Program-made: the position numbers and the translations under genes
Shown: positions 46,845-57,026 of the stretch, piece after piece
Position numbering within the stretch: the first letter of the stretch is position 1
How the letters are laid out: every line of letters starts with the position of its first letter
From: Candidatus Niyogibacteria bacterium
GTDB lineage: Bacteria > Patescibacteriota > Minisyncoccia > JACROR01
Length of the DNA stretch: 64,000 nucleotides
Direction: 5' to 3'
Assembly (NCBI GenBank): GCA_016186495.1
Contig: JACPLO010000001.1
Span: 11,907-75,906, forward strand
Notes under the pieces: model-generated
Told to the model about the DNA's origin: nothing
The model's input: only the letters and a program-made list of their open reading frames with translations
Databases searched by the model: none

Positions 46845-48641
46845 ATGAAAATTAAAGATTATTTTAAAAATCATTATTTAGCCATTTTTTTTGCAGTATT
46901 AGTCGGTTTTATTTATCTGGCGCCGAATTTATTTTTTGTTTTATCTTTAGGCGGCGATTATCAGGGCATCCCGATCATGCGGACCGCCAACGAAGATTAT
47001 TATTTGGCGAGGATTCAGGAAATTTTAGACGGGCATTTCTTGGTGGCTTCCCATGGGTTTTATGAGTACAAAGATCAGCTTCCGACAGCGCCGCCGGTGG
47101 GGGAATTTTTCTATGCCTTGCCCGCTCTGCTTTTCGGCGTATCGCCGGCCAATGTTTTGATGGCGAGCCGATTTATTTTGCCGTTCATTCTATTTCTTTT
47201 GGTTTATTTTTTAATGCGGAAGCTGACTGGCGATGCGGAAATTTTTTCAAATAAAATCAATGCCGTCGCGGGGGCGCTTTTTGTAACTTTAGGGTATGAT
47301 CTTGCGGATTTTCGCGGAATTTTTAAGTTTTTATCCGGAGGAGATTTTATCGGTTCTAATTTTTTAATGTGGGCGCGTCCGGTCAATCCGATTTTAGGAG
47401 CGATTTTTTTGTTTTCTTTTCTGATTTTGATTTGGAAAATAATTGAACAATCAGGACGGCGGGCGATAAATATATTCGGCGCGTCTATTTTTTTAGCTTT
47501 AATGATAGGCAGTTATTTTTTCAGCTGGGGTATTGCTTTGTCGGTTACGGCAATGCTCATTCTTATTTATTTTTTGAGGAAAGAATATAAGGCGGCAAAA
47601 AATTTGATATTTGTTCTTTTGTCGGCCTTCGTATTTTCCGCGCCTTATTGGTATTTGATGTGGCGGTCCAGCCAAAGTCCGTGGTATGAAGAATCTCTTT
47701 TAAGAAGCGGAATGTTTTATACGCATTATCCGCTTTTAAATAAAATTATGCTGGCGGTTTTGGCCGTGTATATTCTTATGTTATTTTTTGAAAGTTGGAA
47801 ATGCAAAAAATCCAACATGGTTTTTCAGTTTAAAAATTGGCATATATTTTGCTTAGCGTTTATTTTGGGGTCTTTGTGGGTCTATAGTCAGCAGATTGTC
47901 ACGGGACGCACGGTCTGGCCGTATCATTTTCCGCAGTACACCATACCTCTGGCGATGATTGTTCTGATAACCCTTTTTTATAATATTTTAAAGAAAGAGT
48001 CGGCATATTTATGGAGAGCTGGAATTTTTATTATAGTATTTTTTTCTTTGGCAATCGGTATATATACTCAAGCGTATGTTTATCAAAAGTTTTTTTATGA
48101 ATATGCGGCAAGGCAGTCTTACGTAGAGATTTTTAATTGGCTCAATAGCCGGAAAAAGGATTGCGTTGTGTTAGTCAGGCAAAATGGAAGAGAGGCGTCT
48201 AAAATAGAAGGTCTTATTCCCGCCTTTACTCATTGCAATGTTTATGCTTCCTCATGGATTTATACTCTTATGCCGAGCGATCGCCCGCAATTTAATTATA
48301 TGGTGATTTTGCGTTTGAACGGGATAACGGGCGAGGAAATAGACCGGTATATGGCGGAGCATAAAGGGCAAGAAAATGGCTATCTTTTTTCCAATTGGAA
48401 GGGACTTTATGGCGTAAAAGATTTCCCTGATTTTTCAGATTCGCTTTTGGCGGAACAATCCAAACAATTTTCGGAAAATTACAAAGCGTTTATGAAAAAA
48501 GATTTTAGAGCAGAGCTTGAAAGATATAAGATTGATTACATTCTTTCTCTTGGCCCGCTGGATGAATTAATGTCTTCTTCCTTGCGTGACGTCCATGAAA
48601 TTTTTAAGATGAAAAATGTTTTTATATACTCTTTTAATTAA
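46845..48641 (+). CDS. polytopic membrane protein, GT-C/ArnT-like
   Basis: 598 aa, many TM; loop motif EDYYLARIQEILDGH. Confidence 0.4.
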   Translation: MKIKDYFKNHYLAIFFAVLVGFIYLAPNLFFVLSLGGDYQGIPIMRTANEDYYLARIQEILDGHFLVASHGFYEYKDQLPTAPPVGEFFYALPALLFGVSPANVLMASRFILPFILFLLVYFLMRKLTGDAEIFSNKINAVAGALFVTLGYDLADFRGIFKFLSGGDFIGSNFLMWARPVNPILGAIFLFSFLILIWKIIEQSGRRAINIFGASIFLALMIGSYFFSWGIALSVTAMLILIYFLRKEYKAAKNLIFVLLSAFVFSAPYWYLMWRSSQSPWYEESLLRSGMFYTHYPLLNKIMLAVLAVYILMLFFESWKCKKSNMVFQFKNWHIFCLAFILGSLWVYSQQIVTGRTVWPYHFPQYTIPLAMIVLITLFYNILKKESAYLWRAGIFIIVFFSLAIGIYTQAYVYQKFFYEYAARQSYVEIFNWLNSRKKDCVVLVRQNGREASKIEGLIPAFTHCNVYASSWIYTLMPSDRPQFNYMVILRLNGITGEEIDRYMAEHKGQENGYLFSNWKGLYGVKDFPDFSDSLLAEQSKQFSENYKAFMKKDFRAELERYKIDYILSLGPLDELMSSSLRDVHEIFKMKNVFIYSFN

Positions 48642-48672
48642 TATTTAAATGATTTTAGTCAAACTTTTTTTA

Positions 48673-49917
48673 TTATACGATTCTTGGTTTAGGCAGAGGA
48701 ATAATAAATTTACCTTTATAGCCTTGCGTTCTTAATTTTTGCGTGAGTTCTTCTCCGATATGCCAAGCAAGGATAAGCGCATATTCGGGTTGGTCTTCAA
48801 AAAGTTGCTTTTCCTCAATTACCGGTATATGCGTTCCCGGAGTAAAAAGGCCGATTTTTGGCGACCCTTTTTTTTCACAGATATAATCCAGTATATCTTT
48901 ATTTATTTTTGCAAACCCCATCAGTATATTTGATCGTGCGGAAGAACCGATAGCCGCGATCCGGCCTTTTTTCTTACAATTAATTAGTAAAGATAAGAGA
49001 TCATATTTTGCAGTTTTTGCTTGTTCTGAGAATTTTTTTAATCTTTTGATATCATATAGCCCTGCTTTTTTCTCAGCCGTAATTAATTCAACTACGCGCT
49101 TGCCGGGCGTTCGTTTTCCTTTCATGGCATATGCCCGGATTGATCCTCCGGCTGCCGGTATTATTTCAGCGTCTATCAAAGTAAAGCCAGCCCGTGAAAA
49201 TAGATATGCCAGAGGTTTTAAGGAATAAAAGCGAAGATGTTCGTGATAAATACAATCAAAAGCGCCTTTTTCAATAGTATTTAGAAGGTATTGAGATTCG
49301 GAAACAAAAACACCTTTGTTGCTTAAAAGATGCTTAACGCCTTGAAGCAGATCAAAGAGCTCGTTAACATGGGCAAAGGCGTTTGTCATAGTAATAATTT
49401 TTGCCTTTCCTTTTTTTATGACTATGTTTTTTGCCACCTCTTTGTTAAAGAATTTTTGAATCGTAGGGATACCGTTTTTTATAGCGATTTTTGCAACATT
49501 AGTAGGTTCAACCCCCAGTACCCGCATGCCATTTTTTTTAAATCCTTTTAGAAGAGTTCCGTCATTTGAACCTATATCAACAATAAGATCATCGCTTTTT
49601 AATTTATAATTTTTGATTAATAATTCCGCCAAAGAGCAGAAATTTTTTATAAGCATATTGGTCATTCCTGTCTGATAAGGATAAGCTTTATGGAAGGCGG
49701 TTTGAGGTTCAACAATGTAATCAAGTTGCAGTAAGCCGCATTTTGCGCAACGGCAAAAATTAAGCGGATAGGTCATTTCCGATTTTTGAAGTTCTTCTTT
49801 GCTAAGGTAAGAAGAAACAAGCGCTTGATGGCCAAGAGAAAGAATATTTTCCAGTTTGTTGTCAGAGCATATTTGGCACTTTTTTATTGCGCCGATTAAA
49901 GCAGTTTGTTTTTTCAT
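48673..49917 (-). CDS. NDP-sugar C-methyltransferase-like (TylCIII/Methyltransf_13-12-14 architecture)
   Basis: 414 aa; N-terminal zinc ribbon CQIC...CAKCGLLQL, central SAM fold DIGSNDGTLL, C-terminal C-MT domain. Confidence 0.6.
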   Translation of the reverse strand: MKKQTALIGAIKKCQICSDNKLENILSLGHQALVSSYLSKEELQKSEMTYPLNFCRCAKCGLLQLDYIVEPQTAFHKAYPYQTGMTNMLIKNFCSLAELLIKNYKLKSDDLIVDIGSNDGTLLKGFKKNGMRVLGVEPTNVAKIAIKNGIPTIQKFFNKEVAKNIVIKKGKAKIITMTNAFAHVNELFDLLQGVKHLLSNKGVFVSESQYLLNTIEKGAFDCIYHEHLRFYSLKPLAYLFSRAGFTLIDAEIIPAAGGSIRAYAMKGKRTPGKRVVELITAEKKAGLYDIKRLKKFSEQAKTAKYDLLSLLINCKKKGRIAAIGSSARSNILMGFAKINKDILDYICEKKGSPKIGLFTPGTHIPVIEEKQLFEDQPEYALILAWHIGEELTQKLRTQGYKGKFIIPLPKPRIV

Positions 49918-50103
49918 AGCGTAAAGTAATTAATATTGATATTGATTTTTACTATATTTATAATGTTAATTTTTTAACGCTTACTTTGTCAATGTTTGTT
50001 AATCGGCAATGTCTGCGGACATTATCCATTTAACTTGAATTTTAAATAAAAATACACTATGATAAATAAAATCTTAAATTAAAGCTTTTAAGGATTAGAA
50101 TAT

Positions 50104-51171
50104 ATGGTAAAAAAAGCGCTTATTACGGGTATCACTGGCCAGGACGGATCGTATTTGGCGGAATTTTTGCTGGAAAAAGGATACGAAGTTTACGGTATTC
50201 AGAGGCGAGCGAGTATGTCAAATACCCAGCGTATTGATCATATTTTGCATTCCAATCTGTTTATTATGTACGGCGATTTGTCAGACGCTTCTAATTTGAC
50301 GCGCATTTTGCATAAGGTTCAGCCGGATGAAATTTATAATCTTGCCGCTCAGAGCCATGTCAGAGTAAGTTACGATAAGCCGGAGTATACGGTAAATATC
50401 AACGCGTTGGGACCACTCCGTATTTTAGAGACAATTCGCACGCTGGGTTTGCCTGCTAAATATTATCAAGCAAGTTCGTCCGAGATGTTCGGAAAAGTTT
50501 TAGCCACCCCGCAGAATGAAAAGACGCAATTTAATCCCCAGTCGCCATACGGCCTGTCTAAGGTTTTTGCTTTTTATATTACGAAAATTTTTCGCGAGGG
50601 TTACGGCATATTTGCTTCCAACGGCATACTTTTTAATCATGAATCTCCGCGCCGAGGATTTAATTTCGTAACGCGAAAAATTACTTTAGGGCTTTCTAGG
50701 GTAAAGCTTGGTTTACAGCCGATTCTTAAATTGGGCAATATGGATGCGAAGCGCGATTGGGGCCATTCTAAAGATTATGTGGAAGCAATATGGAGGATTT
50801 TGCAGCATGACAAACCGGATGATTTTGTGATCGCGACTGGCGAAAATCACACTGTAAGGGAATTTGTGGAGGAGGTGGCTAAACATTTAGAAATGAATAT
50901 TGAATGGACAGGCAGCGGATTAAAAGAAAAGGGTGTTGATAAGAAAACCGGCAAAATTATTATTGAAATAGACCAAGAGCATTTTAGGCCGAATGAAGTT
51001 GATTTATTGCTGGGTGATTCTGCTAAGGCGCGCCAGATTTTAGGGTGGCAGCCAAAAGTGACTTTCAGCGAGTTGGCGCGGATAATGGCAAAAGAAGATT
51101 TTGATTATGCAAATCGTGAGGCGCGATTAAAAAGTCCGATTGGAAACAAGCATAGATTTCATATTGCATGA
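50104..51171 (+). CDS. gmd: GDP-mannose 4,6-dehydratase
   Basis: 355 aa; [36 protein letters not shown] catalytic, classic Gmd. Confidence 0.9.
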   Translation: MVKKALITGITGQDGSYLAEFLLEKGYEVYGIQRRASMSNTQRIDHILHSNLFIMYGDLSDASNLTRILHKVQPDEIYNLAAQSHVRVSYDKPEYTVNINALGPLRILETIRTLGLPAKYYQASSSEMFGKVLATPQNEKTQFNPQSPYGLSKVFAFYITKIFREGYGIFASNGILFNHESPRRGFNFVTRKITLGLSRVKLGLQPILKLGNMDAKRDWGHSKDYVEAIWRILQHDKPDDFVIATGENHTVREFVEEVAKHLEMNIEWTGSGLKEKGVDKKTGKIIIEIDQEHFRPNEVDLLLGDSAKARQILGWQPKVTFSELARIMAKEDFDYANREARLKSPIGNKHRFHIA

Positions 51172-51569
51172 TTGCAAATAGTGCCGGATTAGATAAAATT
51201 TTTTATAAAAATATTTTATTTGGAATTTGTTTAAAGAATTTTTCTCAAGGTTCTGTTCCTATAACTGGAGAAATGGAATCTTTACAATTACTTACTTTAA
51301 AATACAAAAAAGGGTATTTGATTAAGCCGCATACGCATGCCTTCAAAAAAAGAATGACTAAAACGCTGCAAGAATGTTTAGTGGTAAAAAAAGGAAAGAT
51401 CAGGGTGGATTTTTATGCGCCGGATAAAAAAATCTTTAAATATATTTATGTTAAAGCGGGCGAAGCCTTGATTATATTGCGGGGAGGCTATGGCGTCCGC
51501 GTTATGCAAAACGCGGAAATATTTGAGTTGAAGAACGGCCCGTTTAAAGAAGATAAAATGCTAATATAA
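51168..51569 (+). CDS. hypothetical small protein (possible cupin, WbuC-like)
   Basis: 133 aa; His-rich beta-strand region HTHAFKKRM; weak. Confidence 0.3.
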   Translation: MIANSAGLDKIFYKNILFGICLKNFSQGSVPITGEMESLQLLTLKYKKGYLIKPHTHAFKKRMTKTLQECLVVKKGKIRVDFYAPDKKIFKYIYVKAGEALIILRGGYGVRVMQNAEIFELKNGPFKEDKMLI

Positions 51570-51574
51570 ACATT

Positions 51575-52678
51575 TTATCTTTCGGCATAAAACTCCCGTA
51601 TATATTTAGAAACAGTTAAAATATCTTTATTAGATAAAGTAAATGCTGAAGGCAGCCATATAGATTTTGAGCACAATTTTGTACTGTTGGGAAATTGGCT
51701 ATCCGGCAAACGATAAGGAGGTTGAGTATGGAGCGGCTGCGAGTATGGCCTGCAAAAAACATTTTTTGCTTTAAGAAATTCATTTAAGGCATCTCTGTTT
51801 TCTACGATAGCATCCGTCCACTGGGGTATTTCACCCCGATTGACGCCTGTTTTATACATTGTTACTCTTTTTACATTTTTTAAATTATCCGCATATAATC
51901 TATAGATTTTTTTCATGCGCTGGATCCTTTTATTAAGATAACAGAGTTGTCCGAGTCCCAAGGCCGCCTGAATATCTGTAAATTTAAAGTTGTATCCGAT
52001 AATATTATGCCGGCGATCATCTTGCGCTCCTCCGAATGGCCGGCCTTGATTTTTTAGTTCTTTGATGCGTTGATATAAAGTTTTATTATTAGTTACTATC
52101 ATCCCTCCTTGGCCTGTTGTGATCGTTTTATTTGGTGAAAAAGAAAAGCAACCCGCATCGCCAATGGCGCCTAAATAGCGGCCATTATATTGTGACATAA
52201 AACTTTCTGCCGCATCCTCTACGACATATATATTATATTTTTTTGCAATCGCAAGCATTGATTTCATGTTAGCGGCTCTTCCGGTCATGTGCACGGGAAT
52301 AATCGCTTTGGTTCTCGGAGTGATGGCATGTTGCGCGCTCTTGCTGTTGATATTCGCAGTTTCGGGATCAATATCAACAAGTATTGGTTTAGCGCCTGTC
52401 AGATGAACGGCATTCGCGGTCGCAATGAAAGTAAAGTCCGGGACGATCACTTCGTCTCCATGTCCTATATTTAAACCTTTTAGCACCAAGAAGAGGGCGG
52501 TTGTCCCGCTCGTAGTGGCTACCGCATAAGATACGTTTAATAATTGAGCTACTTTTTGTTCAAATTTATAAGTCAGAGGGCCTTCATTGATAAAATTTGT
52601 ATCAAGCACTTTTTTAATTAATTTACGTTCTTGATTGCCGATTTGAGGCATCCACCAGGGAATTTTTTTGTTTTTCAT
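51575..52678 (-). CDS. DegT/DnrJ/EryC1/StrS-family PLP-dependent sugar aminotransferase (perosamine-synthase-like)
   Basis: 367 aa; PLP-lysine region FSFSPNKTITTGQGGMIV; adjacent to gmd. Confidence 0.8.
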   Translation of the reverse strand: MKNKKIPWWMPQIGNQERKLIKKVLDTNFINEGPLTYKFEQKVAQLLNVSYAVATTSGTTALFLVLKGLNIGHGDEVIVPDFTFIATANAVHLTGAKPILVDIDPETANINSKSAQHAITPRTKAIIPVHMTGRAANMKSMLAIAKKYNIYVVEDAAESFMSQYNGRYLGAIGDAGCFSFSPNKTITTGQGGMIVTNNKTLYQRIKELKNQGRPFGGAQDDRRHNIIGYNFKFTDIQAALGLGQLCYLNKRIQRMKKIYRLYADNLKNVKRVTMYKTGVNRGEIPQWTDAIVENRDALNEFLKAKNVFCRPYSQPLHTQPPYRLPDSQFPNSTKLCSKSIWLPSAFTLSNKDILTVSKYIREFYAER

Positions 52679-52847
52679 ATACGTTTGATTATTTTTGGTT
52701 TCAGTAATGACATTATGAATTTGTCTTTAAATAATTTTTAAGATAGCATTTTCGTTGGTATATGACAAACTTGTTATTGTAATTATTTTAATTGTTGTTT
52801 ATTATAAATTATGTTCTTTTATGATTAATGTTAAGGGAGGGTATATT

Positions 52848-53420
52848 GTGAGCACAAATCATAATAAATTAAATTCACCGCAATACGACAAGTCTTTGTT
52901 GAAATTTGTGGGCGAAGACGTATTTATTAGCGTTAATGTGGAAATTCGCAGACCTCAATTGGTATCCATAGGAAATCATGCAGCGATTGATACGGGATTT
53001 TATCTTACTGCGCAAGCGGATATTGGCAGTTATTTACACATAGGTCCTTATGTAAGCATTATTGGCGGCGCTAAAGGATTTTTCAAGATGGGTAGCTTCA
53101 CTAATATAGCGGTTGGCAGCAGAATTATCTGCGCTTCAGATACCTTTACTGGAGAAGGACTAATCACCGCTCCCGGCATACCGGAGGAGTTAACTAAATT
53201 AAAAATCAAGCCGGTGATTTTTGAAAATTTTGTAAATGTGGGGGCGAATGCGGTTATAATGCCGGGTGTAACGCTAAGAGAAGGTTCAGTTATCGGGGCA
53301 TGTTCATTGGTGATTAAAGATACTGAACCATGGACAATATACGCCGGCATTCCGGCAAAACCAATTAAAAAAAGACCCAAGGAAAAAATGTTGCAATATG
53401 CGAAAAAATTAGGATACTAA
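52848..53420 (+). CDS. hexapeptide-repeat (LbH) sugar N-acetyltransferase
   Basis: ORF open from 52755; preferred start GTG 52848 behind strong SD AAGGGAGGG; repeated [LIV]G-x4 hexapeptides (NVGANAVIMPGVTLREGSVIGACSLV). Confidence 0.65.
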   Translation: MSTNHNKLNSPQYDKSLLKFVGEDVFISVNVEIRRPQLVSIGNHAAIDTGFYLTAQADIGSYLHIGPYVSIIGGAKGFFKMGSFTNIAVGSRIICASDTFTGEGLITAPGIPEELTKLKIKPVIFENFVNVGANAVIMPGVTLREGSVIGACSLVIKDTEPWTIYAGIPAKPIKKRPKEKMLQYAKKLGY

Positions 53421-53431
53421 CCTGATTCTTA

Positions 53432-53458
53432 AACAGCCGTAAAGCGGCTGTTTTTTTG
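53432..53458 (+). terminator. intrinsic terminator
   Basis: AACAGCCG-TAAAG-CGGCTGTT followed by TTTTTT. Confidence 0.7.
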
Positions 53459-53528
53459 TTTGCGCAATTTTTTTAATTTGGCTTGCAATGCAGTTGATTA
53501 TACGGCTTAGAAGCATTATATTTATTTT

Positions 53529-54722
53529 ATGAAAATTGTTTTTATTACCTCTAAATTAAATTTTACTGGAGCGGGAGGTTCGGTTGAGGAGATTGATATT
53601 ATTGCCAGAACTTTAATGAAGCTGGGAAATGAGGTCGTGGTGATCACTGCCTTTTCGCATTTCAATGATATTAACCAAATTCTGCCATATAAGGTCGTTG
53701 AAGAACGGATTTCGTCAGGCCGTATGCTGGGCATTCAGAGGGGCGTTTTTGAGCTTTTAAAAAAATATGAAGATCAGGCGGATTTTTTTCATGTTGACCA
53801 CCTCTTTTTATATGGGGCGGGATTTTATCGGAGGATTGGCGGTAAGATTCCGATCGTTTTGTTGTTTAATCAGTTTATGACCTGTTTGCCCGATATTGCT
53901 CCCACGCTTTTTCCCAGAAAGAAAAGTTTTTTTGTCAGGTTAAAACAAAAAATCCGTTTTTATGTTGAAAAATATATTGGCGTGCCGATAGCTAACGGCA
54001 TTGATATTTTTGCGATAGTCAGCCCGCCGCTCAAAAAAATGTACGAAGATTTTGGCATACGAGGACGGCTTTGCAACATTGTGTTGGGCGATCCGACTGA
54101 TTTTCGGCAAATTATGACAGAGGGCGGGACAGAAAAAGATTCATATATTAAGAGAAATAAGCGCCAAGGCTCTTTTATCATTTTTTATTCCAGCAGAATG
54201 GTTTCGGGTAAAGGATTTGATTTGCTTTTAGACGGATTTTCAAAAGTGAAAAATAAAGATAATTTCAGGTTGATTTTGGGCGGTTCCGGTCCGGAAGAGA
54301 AAATAATTCATAAGATGGCGTTTGATTTAAATCTTGAAAAATACGTCACTTTTCCCGGCTGGGTCTCCAGAAAACAACTTTTTAGCTATTATAAGAATGC
54401 CGATATATTTATTCAGGTTGGATGGAGGCCGGAAGGGACATCAATTTCTTTGCAATATGCTATGGCTTTTGGGATTCCTTCAATATTGCCCGGCGGAGGA
54501 GGGCTTGAATGGGTCGCGAAAGACAGCGCGATTTATGTAAAGAACGGCGATCCTTATGATTTGGCGGAGAAGATAGAAAAGCTCGCCGGTGATTATGATT
54601 TAAGAGCAACACTTTCGCGTAATTGTTATAGGCGCATATCGGATGACGAAATGAATTATGAGATGAATATAAGAAGATTATTTGAAAAAATGAAAGAGCT
54701 CGTGAATTTAAAAACCCCATAA
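53529..54722 (+). CDS. glycosyltransferase family 1 (GT4-type)
   Basis: 397 aa; GT-B C-terminal domain (EGTSISLQYAMAFGIPSI). Confidence 0.8.
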   Translation: MKIVFITSKLNFTGAGGSVEEIDIIARTLMKLGNEVVVITAFSHFNDINQILPYKVVEERISSGRMLGIQRGVFELLKKYEDQADFFHVDHLFLYGAGFYRRIGGKIPIVLLFNQFMTCLPDIAPTLFPRKKSFFVRLKQKIRFYVEKYIGVPIANGIDIFAIVSPPLKKMYEDFGIRGRLCNIVLGDPTDFRQIMTEGGTEKDSYIKRNKRQGSFIIFYSSRMVSGKGFDLLLDGFSKVKNKDNFRLILGGSGPEEKIIHKMAFDLNLEKYVTFPGWVSRKQLFSYYKNADIFIQVGWRPEGTSISLQYAMAFGIPSILPGGGGLEWVAKDSAIYVKNGDPYDLAEKIEKLAGDYDLRATLSRNCYRRISDDEMNYEMNIRRLFEKMKELVNLKTP

Positions 54723-54748
54723 TAAATATTTATTATGGGGTTTTTTTT
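54711..54748. terminator. bidirectional intrinsic terminator between convergent genes
   Basis: Perfect palindrome AAACCCCATAATAAATA/TATTTATTATGGGGTTT flanked by A-run and T-run. Confidence 0.7.
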
Positions 54749-54767
54749 ATATTTTAATTTATTTAGA

Positions 54768-56792
54768 TTAAATTGGTTTAAATTCAGCCCAAAACGGACT
54801 AAACCCTTTAGCATCATAATCGGTGAATATCTTGCTGACGACAAAAAAAAGATCATCGCCGTACAGATTTTTACCGTTTTTAATAATTTCAGCCACTTTT
54901 TGCTTGTTATAAACGACTTCATAACATACAAATCCGGCGTAAGATGTTAATGGTTTTACGCCTTTGTTTTTGTACCAGGCGCTTACATCATAAGCCAGAC
55001 TTAGGTTGTTTTTGGTTGGTTCGTTCCGCACAACGGCGTTTATATCCCGGCCAACCATTGCCCATTTTTTAGCAGAGTCAAGGGAGTTTTTTACTTCCGC
55101 GGTGATTTTATGCGCGCCAACTTTTGCGATAACATCATACGCCAGCTCAAAAGTTTCCGCGCATCTTTCAAGAATAATTTTCGTTTTATGCTTTCTTATA
55201 AGATTGTCCCCCAGTTTTCCGGAAAGCAATTTTTCATAATTTTCCGATTTTGAAAAATACTCATAAAGTTCTTTTTTGGAATCCCAAAGTTCTTCTTTAG
55301 TTTCCCGGATGTATTCATAATAGGCCGCAGACAGTTCAGTATCGCCTGATTTGGCTATTTTCCAAAAACGGATCAAATAGTCATAGGTGTTGATTTCCAA
55401 TTCTTTGAGGTGGCGATGGATGATGTCAAATTGGTCGTGGGATAATAAGGCTGAAATCAGTCCGAAACCGCGGCATTCCAAATATTCCTCAAAAGACAAA
55501 GTATTCGTTTCAATGCAGACTTCTTCGGTTTCAAAGCACTTTTGCCCCGCGTAAGCGCCAAATTGCCTTGGGATGAGGCGGTATTTTGTTTTCATCGCGT
55601 AAGCTTTTCTGGATTCTTGGGAGGCAAGCGGAGTTCCTTTCAGCATCATCGTGGTATAGGGCACGATATGGTCCACTTTTGCGTTTAAAAATGTTTTGAT
55701 TCCTTCAAAAAAAGAAGATTTTGTTTCTTTTGGCATTGGCACAATAAGTTCGGAGCCGAATGGCAGGCCGAGTTCTTGAATGCGGCGTCCGAATGCCAGA
55801 TATTTTTCCAGTGAAATATTTTGTCTTTTAATGATTTCTAATGTTTCCGGATTGGTTGATTGTAAGGATCCTCCGATCGGCATCTTGTTTTGCAGAATGG
55901 AGGATATGCGAAGCACTCTGTTATGGTTGGTTTTGCTGGTTGTGACATCAAAAGCGTTAGGCCAGCCAAACATGTTTTGTAAATCGCGAATATGCTTTGC
56001 TATTTCTTCGTCCCGAGGGAGTATTCCGAAATTGGAATCGTATATCGCTAACAGCGTATTGGAATATGGCTGCATTTTTCGCGCAATATAGTTAAGCTCC
56101 GTTTTTATTCTTTCTATGCTGAATTTTGCGATAGGAGAATACCAAGCCTGCGATGCCTTGCAAAAGGCGCAGGTAAACGGGCATCCTTTGGCGGTCAGCA
56201 AAGAAGGAGCATAATGTCCGTCAAACCATTTATCCATCATGCCGCTTAAATAAGGGGATGGTATTTGATCCAGGTCCATTATGCGCGGAATCGGTCCACC
56301 GACAATTAAATTGCCGGCCGCGCTAATTGACATTATGCCTTTTTGCGCGCGGTTTTTTAAGTCGGGAAGTTTTTCTCTTGCGATGATTTTTCGGATTAAT
56401 TCCGTAAAAGCGATTTCACCCTCTTGATAGGCATAGAAATCAATATTTTTTCTGCTTGAAAGATAATCTTCGCATTCTTTGTTTTCGCGCGGGAATTCCG
56501 GTCCGCCGGCAATGCAAAAGATATTCGGATTAATTTTTTTCGCATAGCCGAAAACTAAATGAGACAGTTCCGCGTTCCAGCAGTAATTGGAGAGCGCGAT
56601 TATATCCGGATGCCATGCCTTTATATCTTTTAAGATGGCGTTAGCATCAACATAAAAATGAAGTTCAATATCATTATGATCAGGCACATTAGCCAGCATA
56701 TATGAAGCGATGTAGCTTATGCCAAGCGGCATAAAACTTGAATGTATGCCGGCGGTTTTGTGTTTAAGGTCGCCCATTGCGATTTTCAGCAT
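54768..56792 (-). CDS. B12-binding domain radical SAM protein
   Basis: 674 aa; N-terminal cobalamin-binding-like domain, CxxxCxxC motif KGCPFTCAFCKAS. Confidence 0.65.
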   Translation of the reverse strand: MLKIAMGDLKHKTAGIHSSFMPLGISYIASYMLANVPDHNDIELHFYVDANAILKDIKAWHPDIIALSNYCWNAELSHLVFGYAKKINPNIFCIAGGPEFPRENKECEDYLSSRKNIDFYAYQEGEIAFTELIRKIIAREKLPDLKNRAQKGIMSISAAGNLIVGGPIPRIMDLDQIPSPYLSGMMDKWFDGHYAPSLLTAKGCPFTCAFCKASQAWYSPIAKFSIERIKTELNYIARKMQPYSNTLLAIYDSNFGILPRDEEIAKHIRDLQNMFGWPNAFDVTTSKTNHNRVLRISSILQNKMPIGGSLQSTNPETLEIIKRQNISLEKYLAFGRRIQELGLPFGSELIVPMPKETKSSFFEGIKTFLNAKVDHIVPYTTMMLKGTPLASQESRKAYAMKTKYRLIPRQFGAYAGQKCFETEEVCIETNTLSFEEYLECRGFGLISALLSHDQFDIIHRHLKELEINTYDYLIRFWKIAKSGDTELSAAYYEYIRETKEELWDSKKELYEYFSKSENYEKLLSGKLGDNLIRKHKTKIILERCAETFELAYDVIAKVGAHKITAEVKNSLDSAKKWAMVGRDINAVVRNEPTKNNLSLAYDVSAWYKNKGVKPLTSYAGFVCYEVVYNKQKVAEIIKNGKNLYGDDLFFVVSKIFTDYDAKGFSPFWAEFKPI

Positions 56793-56977
56793 TTTTTCTC
56801 CTTTCGTTTTTTGATTTTTAAAGTCCTTAATTTTAAATAATTCATAGCATAAAAAATGCGCGGTGACAATATTTCGTCAAGAAGGAAATAGTGGAAATGA
56901 GTGTGAAGATGAACGAAATACATACCGAATTTTAACATAATTCGTTGCGGTGTGAAAAAAATACCTAAAATAAATAA

Positions 56978-57021
56978 AAAGAGGGGTTGAGTTTTTAAAT
57001 CTGAATAACTCAACCCCTTTT
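56978..57021. terminator. intrinsic terminator downstream of flotillin-like gene (minus strand), palindromic/bidirectional
   Basis: AAAAGAGGGGTTGAGTT...AACTCAACCCCTTTT with flanking A/T runs. Confidence 0.7.
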
Positions 57022-57026
57022 ATTTA

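Noticed and set aside
50009-50024. Small inverted repeat AATGTCTGCGGACATT in the divergent C-MTase/gmd promoter region as an operator
   Set aside because: Only 6-bp arms in an AT-rich spacer; could be a regulator site, but support is too weak to list as a feature.
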